DNA of 64,000 nucleotides from Candidatus Buchananbacteria bacterium (GCA_041664165.1 JBAYLH010000003.1:3247-67246), one strand, 5' to 3'. Shown: positions 1 to 10,853, numbered from the stretch's first letter. Translations and numbers: made by a program. Notes: generated from the letters alone by a model not told the origin.

Positions 1-184
1 AAAAAGTGCTATTTTTTTCCACCATAGTTATGGCCGGAATAATGCTTTTAAAAATTATTCTCTAAATTTCGTCATCTGATTCAAGCAACAAATTGTCAGC
101 TTCAAAGGAGCTGATTTTTTGGCAATAAAAAAAAGACCACTGGTAAAACCAAATGGTCTAAACAAAGGTCAGTGACGGAGCGGA

Positions 185-673
185 CTAATCCGTTTCGCGG
201 GTACAAATTGTCCGGGAGTCGGAGTACGTTTGGTCGCTACGACTGACCGTGATATGGTCAATCTGTTCCACCTCTTCCAAGAGCTTACTGGCGCAAGAAT
301 CATGGACGAGTTCTCCATCTTCAGATCCGCCAGCCAAGTACACCGTCGCCAGAAACTCAGATGCCATCAGCGGTTTCCCGCAGACAGGACATACGCCTAC
401 CTGCTCGTCGCCAAGTTTGGCGAGAAGGTCTACCGCCCACACCGTAATGGCGGTTACTTCACTTGCAATTACTTGGCGGCGGAGTTCTTCTTCCGTAGCA
501 GCCAACTGTCTGCCATTACCGAACTGAATCCGATAAAATTCGGGGGCATCAATGGTGCTAACGATAGTTACCGTTTGGCCGTCGTATTGCTTATACCGCG
601 GGTCGTTATTTGGAAGAAAAACGAATTTTCTTCGGTCTCCAACATTTATTCCCATACCTCGTACCTCCCTCAA
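185..673 (-). CDS. Orphan protein: SH3-like N-terminal region plus CxxC...HxxC zinc-binding motif (probable start ATG at 655)
   Basis: ORF with GAGGT SD before ATG 655; CPVCGKPL...LVHDSC motif; own promoter upstream and hairpin+T-run terminator at about 124-160. Confidence 0.6.
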   Translation of the reverse strand: MREVRGMGINVGDRRKFVFLPNNDPRYKQYDGQTVTIVSTIDAPEFYRIQFGNGRQLAATEEELRRQVIASEVTAITVWAVDLLAKLGDEQVGVCPVCGKPLMASEFLATVYLAGGSEDGELVHDSCASKLLEEVEQIDHITVSRSDQTYSDSRTICTRETD

Positions 674-844
674 CTCGTCAGTTGACTTTTGCCTCTACTT
701 GGTGACAGGCTTCTCTCTCCGTTGTTGTGCACCTCTATACTGACAACATTCCAAACTGCTTGATTGGCTCTAAATATAGACAATAATTTATCACTATTTA
801 GAACCAATCAAACAAATCTGGGTAGGGTCAAAGAGCGACATTAT

Positions 845-873
845 ATAATCGCATATATTTCAACCTCTGTCAA
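845..873 (-). promoter_or_regulatory. sigma70-type promoter (TTGACA-17-TGcGATTAT) followed by boxA-like GCTCTTTGAC (836-827)
   Basis: Exact -35 hexamer, 17-bp spacer, extended -10. Confidence 0.55.
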
Positions 874-1011
874 CCCTTTTTAAAAATTTTCCAGCCGGCC
901 ATTATGACGCCTCACCGGGCAAAATTTTTAGCGACAAAAAATTGCCCTCCAAGGCAATTCCTGCTAAAATGTAACTAGGTTTAATTAATTAGTCTGGCAA
1001 AAAAATATTTT

Positions 1012-1485
1012 ATGTATTTAACGATTCATGCCGCGGCCGGAGTTTTGATCGGCAGTTACATTGATAACTCTTTTGTCTCGTTTCTCCTGGGCTTTTTTTC
1101 TCATTATTTCCTGGATATGCTGCCTCATCGCGACGGCAATATCCCTAAAGCAGGACATACTCCGAAATCATTAAGAAAAATGTATTTTAATAAAATTATT
1201 GGCCTGATTTATTTTGATATTTCTTTAGCCATTATTGTCGCCGGGGCTTTGCTGACTAATCACGTTAATTTTTTAGCCCACCCGATCCTTTGGGGCATGG
1301 TTGGTTCAGTCTTGCCTGATGTTTTTCAAGCCGGCAGTTTTTTCCGGCCGAAAAGCCGAGTTCTAAAAAAATTAAACGAATTTCATAATTTCCTTCATTA
1401 TCCCAATCAAAATCAAATTTCCCTGGTCTTGGGAAATCTAACTCAGCTGCTCACTCTTATCATCTTGGTTCATCCTTTGGTCTAG
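1012..1485 (+). CDS. Membrane-bound metal-dependent hydrolase-like protein (paralog 1)
   Basis: H-AAAG...SHYFLDMLPH...LPD...FH motif pattern in a hydrophobic ORF. Confidence 0.65.
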   Translation: MYLTIHAAAGVLIGSYIDNSFVSFLLGFFSHYFLDMLPHRDGNIPKAGHTPKSLRKMYFNKIIGLIYFDISLAIIVAGALLTNHVNFLAHPILWGMVGSVLPDVFQAGSFFRPKSRVLKKLNEFHNFLHYPNQNQISLVLGNLTQLLTLIILVHPLV

Positions 1486-1516
1486 CAAGGTGGAATAAAG
1501 AGTATTTGACCATTTT

Positions 1517-1987
1517 ATGTTTTTAACCGTTCATGCCGCCGCCGGGGTTTTAATCGGCCAAGCCACCGACAATGTTTGGCTGGCTTTTATTTTTAGCCTG
1601 GCTTCCCATATCTTGATTGACATCATTCCTCACGGTGATACTGATTTAATCAAAGATAGTTCAAATATTACTAAGCCGGAAATTGAGCGGCTAAAAAAAA
1701 TTGCCGCTTTAGACGGTTTGGTGATGCTACTAATTTTAGCCCTGCTTTACTTTTACGGTTTTATTCATCCGGTCTGGCCGGTTTTAGCCGGAATTTCTGG
1801 CGGTTTACTCCCCGATTTTTTAACCGGCGTTTATCTTTTGACCAAAGCCCGTTGGCTGGAAAAAATTGTCGCTTTTCATCCTCACCGGCTCCATCTAATC
1901 CTTGATAAATTTAGGGTCTCTTTTTTTGCCGGTATAATTATCCAGATTATTTTTTTGGCTGTCTTGTCGGCTTTGATTATTTTTTAG
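1517..1987 (+). CDS. Membrane-bound metal-dependent hydrolase-like protein (paralog 2)
   Basis: Same HAAAGVLIG / SHxxxDxxPH / LPD / FH motifs as the upstream gene. Confidence 0.65.
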   Translation: MFLTVHAAAGVLIGQATDNVWLAFIFSLASHILIDIIPHGDTDLIKDSSNITKPEIERLKKIAALDGLVMLLILALLYFYGFIHPVWPVLAGISGGLLPDFLTGVYLLTKARWLEKIVAFHPHRLHLILDKFRVSFFAGIIIQIIFLAVLSALIIF

Positions 1988-2069
1988 CTTAAAAATTAAC
2001 ATTTTAAAAACCTTGCTCAAACAAGGCTTTTCAAATATCTAAATTAATTTTTACCGTTGCTATTTGTTT

Positions 2070-3338
2070 TTAAAACTTTAATTGCTTCAAAAAAGGCTTG
2101 GGATTTTTAAACGGCCCGATCAAAATCAAATTGAGCTTTTTTTCTAAAATTATTTCTTTGGCGACATTTTTAATTTGCTCGGCCGTTACAGCCATAATTT
2201 TTTTCAGCTTCTGATCCGGGGATAAAATTTTATTAAGCAATAATTCCTGTTTGCCGTACCAATCAGCGACATTTTCGGAATCCTCCAGTTCTAAAACTAA
2301 TTTGCCTTTCAAAAATTCCTTGGCTGATTCCAATTCTTTAGCCGTTATGCCTGAATTTTTAATTTGTTTCAATTCTGCCAAAATCAGCTTAATTGCCTGA
2401 TTAACTCTTTTTTTGTCCAGGCCGGCCTGAATTAGAAAAGCGCCGGTGTCTTGATAGGCGGCAAAATCCGCCTTGATATAATAAGCCAAACCGTGTTTTT
2501 CCCGAACCGTGGTAAAAAGCCGAGAGCTCATATTACCGCCTAAAATCACTGCCAATAGATAAAGCGGCATAATTTTTTGGTCAAAAATCGAATAGCTGGG
2601 AAAACCCAAGCCGATTTGGACTTGTTCGGTGTTTTTATAGACTAAATTAACTTTTGGCTTAGCCTGCTTAATTTTAGTTTTAATAAAGGAAAAACTATTT
2701 TGATGGCCGAAATTTTCGCCAAAATATTTTTTGGTCAGCTCATTAACCTTTTTTTCATTAAAATTGCCGGAAACGGCCACAATCATTTTGGCTGGCTGAT
2801 AAAATTTGTTTTTGTAATCTAAAATTTGGTCGCGGGAAATATCTTTAATTACTTTTTTCGGGCCGGAAATCAACCAGCCCAAAGAACTGCCGCTAAAAAC
2901 GACTTCTTCGAACAATGCACCCAAATAAATCATGGGGTTGTCCTGATACATATTAATTTCTTCAATAATCACTCCCCTTTCCTTTTCAATCTCATCGGCC
3001 GAAAAAACCGAATTGAAAATCATATCCGACAAAATATCAAAAGCCAATTCGATCTTATCAGCGGCAGCTTTAACGTAATAGCCGGTATGATCTTTGGCAG
3101 TGAAAGCATTATACTCGGCGCCGACTGAATCCAAGGCCTTGCTGATGTCTAAACTCGTCGGCCGTTTTTTCGTCCCTTTAAACATCAAATGCTCGATAAA
3201 ATGGGAAACGCCGTTGATATTTTTTGCTTCATAGCGCGAACCAACCGGCAGCAAGACTAAAACAGTCACCGCTTTGGTTTCCCGAAGCGGTGCTAAAATT
3301 AACTTTAAGCCATTTTGTAACTTGGTTTTGCTAAACAT
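2070..3338 (-). CDS. M16 family zinc peptidase (pitrilysin/PqqL-like)
   Basis: HFIEH inverted zinc motif, NAFT, SSRLFxxVREKxGLAY. Confidence 0.95.
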   Translation of the reverse strand: MFSKTKLQNGLKLILAPLRETKAVTVLVLLPVGSRYEAKNINGVSHFIEHLMFKGTKKRPTSLDISKALDSVGAEYNAFTAKDHTGYYVKAAADKIELAFDILSDMIFNSVFSADEIEKERGVIIEEINMYQDNPMIYLGALFEEVVFSGSSLGWLISGPKKVIKDISRDQILDYKNKFYQPAKMIVAVSGNFNEKKVNELTKKYFGENFGHQNSFSFIKTKIKQAKPKVNLVYKNTEQVQIGLGFPSYSIFDQKIMPLYLLAVILGGNMSSRLFTTVREKHGLAYYIKADFAAYQDTGAFLIQAGLDKKRVNQAIKLILAELKQIKNSGITAKELESAKEFLKGKLVLELEDSENVADWYGKQELLLNKILSPDQKLKKIMAVTAEQIKNVAKEIILEKKLNLILIGPFKNPKPFLKQLKF

Positions 3339-3343
3339 TATTT

Positions 3344-4732
3344 TTAAAATTTTAACTTGGTTTTAAAATAATCAATTAACTCGCTACTTTTAATTCTTTC
3401 CTGCTTCATCGTATCGCGATCGCGCACCGTAACCGCCTGATCTTTTTCCGTTTCAAAATCCACCGTAACGCAATAAGGCGTGCCGATTTCATCCTGACGG
3501 CGATAGCGGCGGCCGATACTTTGGGTTTCATCGTAATTGACTGAGAATTGCTGGCGGCAATCTTTAGCGATTGATTTGGCAATGGCAATCAAAGGCTCTT
3601 TTTTAGATAAAGGCAAAACTGCCAGCTGATAAGGCGCCAAGTCATGAGGCAACTTTAAAACGACGCGCGTTTCTTTGCCGCCGTCGGCCGTTGGCGCTTC
3701 TTCTTCGGTGTAAGCCGCGGCTAAAACCGCCAAAACCGTCCGATCAACGCCCCAGGTCGGTTCAATCACGTGCGGGACAAATTTTTCGCCGGTAACCGGG
3801 TCAGGAAAAGTCAATTCAACGCCGCTTTTTTCGGCATGGCGCCGCAAATCAAAATCAGTCCGATAAGCCAAGCCATAAAGTTCGTCAGTACCGAAAGGAA
3901 ATTTGTAATCAATATCAATCGTGCGCTTGGAATAATGAGCCAATTCATCCTTGCCGATTTCCCGATAAACAATATCTTTTTGCGGAATTCCCAGCGAATC
4001 AAGCCAGCTTTTCATTTCTGCCAGCCAATGTTCGAAATATTTCCGCCAGTCTTTTTCTTTAATAAAATATTCGATTTCCATCTGTTCAAACTCCCGAGTC
4101 CGGAAAGTAAAATTACCGGGGGTAATCTCGTTGCGGAAGGCTTTGCCAACTTGAGCAATGCCGAAAGGAAAGCCGGTTCGGGTTGAATCAACCACATTTT
4201 TAAAATCAACAAACATCGCTTGCGCCGTCTCCGGCCGCAAATAAGCCACCGAAGTCTCGTCTTCGACCGGCCCGACAAAAGTTCTGAACATTAAATTAAA
4301 TTTCCGGACAGCTGTCAAATCACCGCCGCATTCCGGACATTTGGTTAATTCTTTCGGCGTTTCTTTCATCCGGCCCAATTCCGGCTTAATCCCGGCGGCG
4401 GCCAGCAAATGATCGGCTCGGAAGCGCTTGCGGCATTTCTTGCAATCAACCAAGGGATCAGTAAAATTTTCTAAGTGGCCGGAAGCTTCCCAAACCCGGG
4501 GATTCATTAAAATTGAAGCGTCAATACCGACGATATCATCGCGCTGATGGACGAACCGCCGCCACCACTTCCGCTTGACGTTATTTTTTAATTCAACGCC
4601 AATCGGGCCGTAATCCCAGGTATTGGCAAAACCGCCATAAATTTCCGAGGACGGAAAAATAAAGCCCCTTTGCTTGGTCAAAGAAACAAGCTTTTCCATT
4701 AAATTTTCTTGGCCTTTTGCTTTTTGAGTCAT
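3344..4732 (-). CDS. glyQS: Glycine--tRNA ligase, homodimeric type
   Basis: YLRPETAQ, FRNEITP, REFEQMEIE, IGRRYRRQDEIGTP motifs. Confidence 0.97.
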   Translation of the reverse strand: MTQKAKGQENLMEKLVSLTKQRGFIFPSSEIYGGFANTWDYGPIGVELKNNVKRKWWRRFVHQRDDIVGIDASILMNPRVWEASGHLENFTDPLVDCKKCRKRFRADHLLAAAGIKPELGRMKETPKELTKCPECGGDLTAVRKFNLMFRTFVGPVEDETSVAYLRPETAQAMFVDFKNVVDSTRTGFPFGIAQVGKAFRNEITPGNFTFRTREFEQMEIEYFIKEKDWRKYFEHWLAEMKSWLDSLGIPQKDIVYREIGKDELAHYSKRTIDIDYKFPFGTDELYGLAYRTDFDLRRHAEKSGVELTFPDPVTGEKFVPHVIEPTWGVDRTVLAVLAAAYTEEEAPTADGGKETRVVLKLPHDLAPYQLAVLPLSKKEPLIAIAKSIAKDCRQQFSVNYDETQSIGRRYRRQDEIGTPYCVTVDFETEKDQAVTVRDRDTMKQERIKSSELIDYFKTKLKF

Positions 4733-4830
4733 AAAGATAGTTTACCTAAATTATGATTTTTTTTCAAGCCAATTTCTAGCTAAGAAACCCGACACCCGTG
4801 CCGTTCTCTCAAGACAATTTTCGTTTATAA

Positions 4831-4854
4831 AACCGAGGGTGGAAAGCCTCGGCT
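4831..4854. repeat. REP-like hairpin CCGAGG-N-GAAAGCCTCGGC (copies at 51580-51601, 53134-53158)
   Basis: Near-identical hairpins at three dispersed sites. Confidence 0.6.
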
Positions 4855-4924
4855 ACTTAGTTACTTGATCGCTTGATTAACTTAATCACTTATTTTTTAA
4901 TTTTTTTCAAGCCATCGTCAGCCA

Positions 4925-5494
4925 TTAAACAATCTTGGAAAAAAACATCACCAGCGCGCTGGAAACCGTTACCGAAACATTGTCATTTAATCGCAAGGGC
5001 AAGCTTTCAACAATCGCCGCGACCAGCGTCGCTTTCAAACTGACGGAAATTGCCATCGTACCGCTGATTTCCGGCAGCATCCATTTTAATAAAATAAACG
5101 AGCCCAAAGTGCCGAAAACTAAAAAGGCAACGCTGCCGGCGTAGCTTTTCTTCCGGTTCCAGGGTAATTCTTTAACCTTGAAATTCTTGCCGATCAAAGT
5201 CGCACTGCCGTCGCCCAAGGCCAAAATCGCCCAGGAAGCGGCAACAACGGGCAAAGGAAAAACTATCACTAAAAGCAACAAAATAAAAAAATATAAAACC
5301 GCACCTTCGCTGTATTTGCGCTCCACTCGGCGGTAAAAATAAGATTTCATTTTCAGCCTGGGAACGACAAAAAGCGTAATCAGCAGTAAAAACAAAAGTA
5401 AAATCACCGCTTGCCAGCGACTGATAAAACGCAGCAAAAATGCCAATAAAAATAAAAGGATGTGAACAATTTGGCGCTTTTCTTCAGAAAACAT
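4925..5494 (-). CDS. Polyprenol/dolichol/phytol kinase family membrane protein
   Basis: RQIVH, LGDGSATLIG, KSYAGS, ESLP..DN motifs. Confidence 0.85.
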   Translation of the reverse strand: MFSEEKRQIVHILLFLLAFLLRFISRWQAVILLLFLLLITLFVVPRLKMKSYFYRRVERKYSEGAVLYFFILLLLVIVFPLPVVAASWAILALGDGSATLIGKNFKVKELPWNRKKSYAGSVAFLVFGTLGSFILLKWMLPEISGTMAISVSLKATLVAAIVESLPLRLNDNVSVTVSSALVMFFSKIV

Positions 5495-5548
5495 AATTTT
5501 AAAAACATTAGGCGTGCGACAAGGAATATGCCACTTGTCGCTAAACTA

Positions 5549-8500
5549 TTAACCAAAGATACTTTTCTCTTTATTTGGTTCGTCAGCTTTCGGCTCAGCT
5601 GGTTTTTCCATTTTTTCAATTTCAACCGGCGGCACCGATGGTTCCAGCTTAGTTTCAACCGGCGGCACCTGAGCCGTTGCCGAATCAATGTTTGTTTCAA
5701 TATTTTTAACTTTTTCTTCAAGCTGTTCTAAATCCTCTTTTTTCTCCTCAATGTCATGTTTAAGCTGCTCGGCTTGCTGCTTGGCCTTCATTAATTCCTC
5801 CAAAGAATCACGGCCGACTCCCGATAAACTTGGCAGCGGAGTTTGGACTGGCGGAGTCGGTGGCGCCACTGGGGTGATCGGCGGGGTTAAAATAGGTGCC
5901 GACGGCGGAGTCTGGACAGGCGCGGCTGGCGGGCTGCCGGCTTTAGCTTTTTGTAAACCAATATCCAAACTGACTACCGCTTCCTTGTCTTTGCTTAATA
6001 AATCAATCTCATTACTTTTGAAAGGATGATAGCCAAGTTTTTCGGCCGTCACATAATAAATATTGTTATTCACTAAAAACGAATACCGACCCTTGCCATC
6101 AGTTACACGGGTATCCAAAAGCTTATTATATTGCTTATCGTAAATGCGCAAAATCGCCCGCGAAACCGGCTTTCGGTTAGTGTGATCATAAACCATGCCC
6201 CAGTTGCGCGGCGGTTTTTGGTAGCCCAGCCGGCGGAATAAAGCATAAAGCAAACAATGAAAACATAGCATCACCAAAGTAAAAAGGCCGGGACTGATGA
6301 TTAAGGAAATGGTTGCCAACGGAATAGCGGCAAAGGCAGCCAAATATTGGAGCTTGCGCAAATAATATTGGAGGATAATTTTCGCCGCTGGTTTTTCTTC
6401 AATTTGCGGATCAATGGGAATATTGGCAGTAATATCGGCGCGCTGGCCCGTAACTTCAATCGTGCCGCCGTGATACAAGTCCAAATAGCTGACATCTTCT
6501 TTTAAATTTTGGAGATAAGCCGTTGGAAAATCAAATTTCGGCTTAGTCACGGTCAAATAATACCGGCCCGGATCAATCAAAAAGCTGTAACGGCCGAGCT
6601 TATCAGTTACCCGCGACTGGATTAGCCGGTTATTTTCCTTCTGATACAGCCGGACAATCGCCAAATCAACCGGCTGCTTGGTCAGGGCGTTGTAAATCAC
6701 GCCCCATTTTTTGCGACGGCGGCGGAACAGTACCGCAAACGGCTGAGTGATAAAATACTGCAAATAGGAAAAGAAATTAATAAAGGAAAAAGAAGCGAAG
6801 GTATTGACGACAACCGTGGCCACCAAGACCGGGGCGGCGACGGAAACATTGGCCTGCTCAACTTGCGGATTATCAATCACTTTCTCCACAACCTGATCGA
6901 TTATTTCTTTTTGAATAAATTTTTGAATATTTGCCGCTATCTCGGCCGCGCTAATCTCGCTATTATCCAATGGTTTTGAGCAGCCGGAATCGGCCGGGTA
7001 ATCAATTAAACCGTCTCGGTCGTTATCAATGCCATCAAGACACTGAGGTAAGTTAATTTTAAATTCCGGCGGCACGCCGCAGTCGGCCGGACAAGACCAA
7101 GTATTTTCACCGGTTTCGCAAAGCCGGTTGCCGCAGCAAGGCGCCGTCGCCAAACAGCTGCAGCTTGATAAACTGATCTGCTGGCAAATTCCGCAGGCTA
7201 CCTCGCAGCCGGGCTGGCACGAAATTACTTCCGCCGGCCGCCCGATATTTAAATCGCATTTATTAACATCGTAGCATTCGCGCTTTTGCAGCCCATTTTC
7301 GCAAGCGCCCCAGCCTAAGCAGGTCCAGCTTGGCGTACACGGCGTAACGCAGTCTTGCGGGCATGAATTGTTGCTTTCGCCGGTAGCGCAAATACCGTCG
7401 CCGCAGCACGGGATCATTTGTTCGCAAACGCACTGTTCCGCGTTAATCTGCTGGCACTGGCCGCAGCTTAATCCCTGGCAATTGCCATTTGGCCCGCCGT
7501 TGCAAACTTGCTGACTGGCCGGCGGATTAATCGGAACTTGGCAGCCGTTACTGTCAAAACATTGCCGGGTTTGCACCCCGCCGGCCGGCGGACAAACTGC
7601 CGGAGACCATGGCGTGCATTCCCATTGCGAGAGACAGGCAACGTGGCAATCAACGGAACAATTATAAGGATCTTCTCCCGGCGCTTCACAAACGGTATTG
7701 CCGCAACAGTTATTGGTGGCAACGCATTCGCAAGTAACCGGGTTTAGCTGCTGGCAGGTTCCGCAACTGACGCCGGGACAAACCTGGCAGCTTTCCGTGT
7801 ATTCGTAATTGGGCCGGCAAGGCGGAACGGTTTTGTCAACGCAACTTACGGTCAAAGTATCATTTGGCTGGCAAACCCCCGGCGTACAGGAAAAATTCGG
7901 CGTGCAGCTGCAAGCCGGATCACCCGGCGTTGAGCCGTCCGTACAAGTAGAGGCCGGGTAATCACAAAAACCATTGTGGTTGTCATCAAGGCCGTTAGTG
8001 CAATTTTCCACGCCGCCAGTGGTAACGAAAGAACCGGTATGAACCGTCTGTAAAGAGCCGGCACTGGCCGTAATCCGATAATAATAAACCGTATTTGACT
8101 GTAAACCGGTAATATTGTGGCTGAAATTGGTACCCGACAAACCACTGACTGAGCCGTCGCCAACTGCCGGCGTACTCCCCCATTCTAAAATATCAGCGGT
8201 CGGCTGGCATAAAGTTGACCAGCTGACGTTGCCGCTGGTTTGAGCCGCCGCAATTGAAACATTGCTAATCAATAGCTCAATTTGGCAAACTGAAGAACAG
8301 CAATCGCCGGAAACGGTATTGCCGTCATCGCAAGCTTCCCCGGAATCGATAATGCCGTTGCCGCAGCCGACTTCTAGCTGGCAAGCGCCTGAACAGCCAT
8401 CGCCGGAAACGGTATTACCATCATCGCATTCCTCTCCCGAATCTCTAGTCCCGTTGCCGCAGACGGCAATATAACAAGATTGGGTTGACGGCCAATTAGA

Positions 8501-9148
8501 ACAGCCATTGGTGCAAACGCCGCTCTGAACGCCATTAATACATGACCCGTAGCTGCAAACCGTTGCGGTCGGAACACAGACTGGCGTACCGGCTATTTCA
8601 CAAACGCAAGTACTATTGCAAAAATAGCCCGAAGAACAGTCGCCATCGCTCTCACAGCCTTCGCCAGCGTCGATTGTCCCGTTGCCGCAAACCGGACAGG
8701 TACAATTGCTGTTGCAATAATTGTTATAGCAACCGCCGCTAGCCGCATCACTGCCATCGCAGGCTTCTCCGCATTCAGCAATATTATCGCCGCAGACACT
8801 ATCTGCCCGGCTGCAAGTATTATTACAGCCGTCGCAGGAAACGCCATTGCCGTCATCGCAAACTTCGCCGGTGTCGATTGTGCTATTGCCGCAAACCGGA
8901 CAGGTACAATTGCTGTTGCATTGGCCGTTATAGCAGCTACTAGCACCGTCCGTGCCGTCGCAGGTTTCGCCGGTTTCTTTGATGCCGTTGCCGCAAATCG
9001 TTCCCGCCGCTGGCACCGTCGCATTAATGTTAATGGTCGCCGCCAAGGCCTGCTGAACCGAAGGTAAAGCTAAATAAAGAAAAATTAACCCGCCAAGACA
9101 AGTTAAAATAAAACCAAAAAATAAAAATCTTTTACTATCTTTGCTCAT
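5549..9148 (-). CDS. Large Cys-rich surface protein: Myxococcus-type Cys repeats, FN3 domain, TSP1-like repeats, DxDxDG motifs, carboxypeptidase-regulatory-like domains, TM segments, Pro-rich and coiled-coil tail
   Basis: Repeated CGNG..D.GE.CDDGN..SGDGCS; [14 protein letters not shown]; W.C..W..C...Q.R.C; [18 protein letters not shown]; TDxxGRYSFL twice. Confidence 0.85.
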   Translation of the reverse strand: MSKDSKRFLFFGFILTCLGGLIFLYLALPSVQQALAATININATVPAAGTICGNGIKETGETCDGTDGASSCYNGQCNSNCTCPVCGNSTIDTGEVCDDGNGVSCDGCNNTCSRADSVCGDNIAECGEACDGSDAASGGCYNNYCNSNCTCPVCGNGTIDAGEGCESDGDCSSGYFCNSTCVCEIAGTPVCVPTATVCSYGSCINGVQSGVCTNGCSNWPSTQSCYIAVCGNGTRDSGEECDDGNTVSGDGCSGACQLEVGCGNGIIDSGEACDDGNTVSGDCCSSVCQIELLISNVSIAAAQTSGNVSWSTLCQPTADILEWGSTPAVGDGSVSGLSGTNFSHNITGLQSNTVYYYRITASAGSLQTVHTGSFVTTGGVENCTNGLDDNHNGFCDYPASTCTDGSTPGDPACSCTPNFSCTPGVCQPNDTLTVSCVDKTVPPCRPNYEYTESCQVCPGVSCGTCQQLNPVTCECVATNNCCGNTVCEAPGEDPYNCSVDCHVACLSQWECTPWSPAVCPPAGGVQTRQCFDSNGCQVPINPPASQQVCNGGPNGNCQGLSCGQCQQINAEQCVCEQMIPCCGDGICATGESNNSCPQDCVTPCTPSWTCLGWGACENGLQKRECYDVNKCDLNIGRPAEVISCQPGCEVACGICQQISLSSCSCLATAPCCGNRLCETGENTWSCPADCGVPPEFKINLPQCLDGIDNDRDGLIDYPADSGCSKPLDNSEISAAEIAANIQKFIQKEIIDQVVEKVIDNPQVEQANVSVAAPVLVATVVVNTFASFSFINFFSYLQYFITQPFAVLFRRRRKKWGVIYNALTKQPVDLAIVRLYQKENNRLIQSRVTDKLGRYSFLIDPGRYYLTVTKPKFDFPTAYLQNLKEDVSYLDLYHGGTIEVTGQRADITANIPIDPQIEEKPAAKIILQYYLRKLQYLAAFAAIPLATISLIISPGLFTLVMLCFHCLLYALFRRLGYQKPPRNWGMVYDHTNRKPVSRAILRIYDKQYNKLLDTRVTDGKGRYSFLVNNNIYYVTAEKLGYHPFKSNEIDLLSKDKEAVVSLDIGLQKAKAGSPPAAPVQTPPSAPILTPPITPVAPPTPPVQTPLPSLSGVGRDSLEELMKAKQQAEQLKHDIEEKKEDLEQLEEKVKNIETNIDSATAQVPPVETKLEPSVPPVEIEKMEKPAEPKADEPNKEKSIFG

Positions 9149-9152
9149 CAGC

Positions 9153-10118
9153 TTAATTATTAGCTTTCTTGTTTTTTAACTTTTTTATTTTAGAATTGAT
9201 TTTAATTAAAATAATCAAAACGACCAAACCAAAAACCGAAGTAATCAATAAATTAACCGGAATAAACCAGAAGTCCAGCTGAGCCGTTACGGTTTGCTGA
9301 GGCACTAGGCCGTAAGTCAGATTTAAAGTCGCCGTATATTTACCGAAAGTAAAATGATCGATTTCGTTTTTCAGCGCTGAAAAATATTTTTGCCAAAAAT
9401 TGCCGGCAAAACTGCCGCCCCAAAGAGTTTCAAATCTTCTAATACTGCCAGGCAAAACATTTTTTTTATCGGCATTGACCGGCAAAATTTCGGTCTGCCC
9501 CAGCCAATTTTTTAACGTAATATTACCCTCGGGTTTGAGGTGGACATTGCCGGTATTGGCAAACCGGACTAAAAAATTTACCGGAAAGCTGAATAAATAT
9601 TTACTTTCTGAAACTGTCTTAAATTCAGCTAAATTGCCGGACTCGACAACTTCGCCCTTAACTTTCAAAAAAACCAGCGTCCCGACTTGGCTGCTGATGC
9701 CAACCGCCGGGTTTTCCTTGGCCGCCTGAGGCGCGGTCTGCCAAAAAATTACGGCATAATAACCACCCGGCACCGCGTCAAGCGGCACCGTCACTGCAAA
9801 AGGGACAACCAATCCCTGCTTTGACGGCAAAAGCAAAAAATCCTTACTGAGCTTAAACCAGCCTAAATAATCCGTTTTTTCGCGGCCGGTAAGATAAACT
9901 GGCGTACCGGTTTCATCACCCGCGGCAAAAGCTTCGATATTGGGAGTCAAATAAAGCGGCTCGGCGGTTTCATTATAAATTTTTAAAATGCCATTTTGGC
10001 TTTCACCCGGATTGGCTTCCATTTCCAAAATCGGCGAAATAACCGTAACCGCTGAAGACTTGCCGGCGGTTAACAAGGAAAAAAGACAAACTAAAATTAT
10101 AAAAAAAATCTTTTTCAT
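9153..10118 (-). CDS. Secreted membrane-anchored protein resembling WxL-interacting proteins (DUF916/DUF3324-like)
   Basis: Signal peptide, VP.DA.PGGYYA, NTGNVHLKPEG, C-terminal TM plus basic tail. Confidence 0.7.
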   Translation of the reverse strand: MKKIFFIILVCLFSLLTAGKSSAVTVISPILEMEANPGESQNGILKIYNETAEPLYLTPNIEAFAAGDETGTPVYLTGREKTDYLGWFKLSKDFLLLPSKQGLVVPFAVTVPLDAVPGGYYAVIFWQTAPQAAKENPAVGISSQVGTLVFLKVKGEVVESGNLAEFKTVSESKYLFSFPVNFLVRFANTGNVHLKPEGNITLKNWLGQTEILPVNADKKNVLPGSIRRFETLWGGSFAGNFWQKYFSALKNEIDHFTFGKYTATLNLTYGLVPQQTVTAQLDFWFIPVNLLITSVFGLVVLIILIKINSKIKKLKNKKANN

Positions 10119-10124
10119 TGACTC

Positions 10125-10853
10125 TTAAAAATTAGCCGTGGTCGAATAAGTTAAAGTGGTCGTATAGGTGCCGGCCGCCGTGCTTGAAGAAATATTAACA
10201 ATATAAGAAACAGTAAAAACCGTTGAGTTGATGTCGGTCGCCGCCGAAGCGACGGTATCACCGCTTTGATAAGCAAACTGGTTAGCCGTATTATACTGGC
10301 TAGCCGCCGAAGCGATCGGCGCTGTCCCGCTGGGATTAGCACCAACGCTCGGCGTCGTATTGGCGGCTAAATTAATGCCGAATTGGGCCGTACCAGCGGC
10401 CGAAGCGGCGGCGGTTCCGCCAATCGCGGCAATGGTATTAACGCCGCTAGTCAAAGTATTGCCGGTAACTTTAATCGTAAAGCCCTTGGCCGCGTTAGTA
10501 TCAACGGTCAAGGTGTGGCTGCCGGAATTAGTCGAAGCGGCGGTTAAAGTGTCTAAATCAACAGCCGTGGCGCCGGCCGAAAGACTCAGGTATTGATCAG
10601 GGTACATTTCGGCAAAGCCGGCTTTCAGGCCGTAGCTAGCCGAAGTCGAACTAGCCGACAAAATCATCCCCTCGCCGATCGTATCCTGCAACAAATAGCT
10701 GGCCGAAGCGCTATTTTCACTTCCGCCGGCGCTGAAATCGTCGGCCCAGATAATATAATTAGGGCTTTGCGTTCTGGCCCAAATCCCGCCGACGGCCAAA
10801 AAAGAAACGAAGATAATTATTAGCAACAAAATAGAATTGAATTTCTTTGGCAT
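10125..10853 (-). CDS. Secreted Ser/Thr/Ala-rich beta protein (WxL/pilin-like subunit)
   Basis: Signal peptide; C-terminal AGTYTTTLTYSTTANF strand; position next to WxLIP-like gene. Confidence 0.65.
   Translation of the reverse strand: MPKKFNSILLLIIIFVSFLAVGGIWARTQSPNYIIWADDFSAGGSENSASASYLLQDTIGEGMILSASSTSASYGLKAGFAEMYPDQYLSLSAGATAVDLDTLTAASTNSGSHTLTVDTNAAKGFTIKVTGNTLTSGVNTIAAIGGTAAASAAGTAQFGINLAANTTPSVGANPSGTAPIASAASQYNTANQFAYQSGDTVASAATDINSTVFTVSYIVNISSSTAAGTYTTTLTYSTTANF

Noticed and set aside
8262-8920. Diversity-generating retroelement template/variable repeats in the Cys-rich gene
   Set aside because: The repeats are in-frame domain duplications with no adenine-specific pattern noted, and there is no reverse transcriptase in the window.
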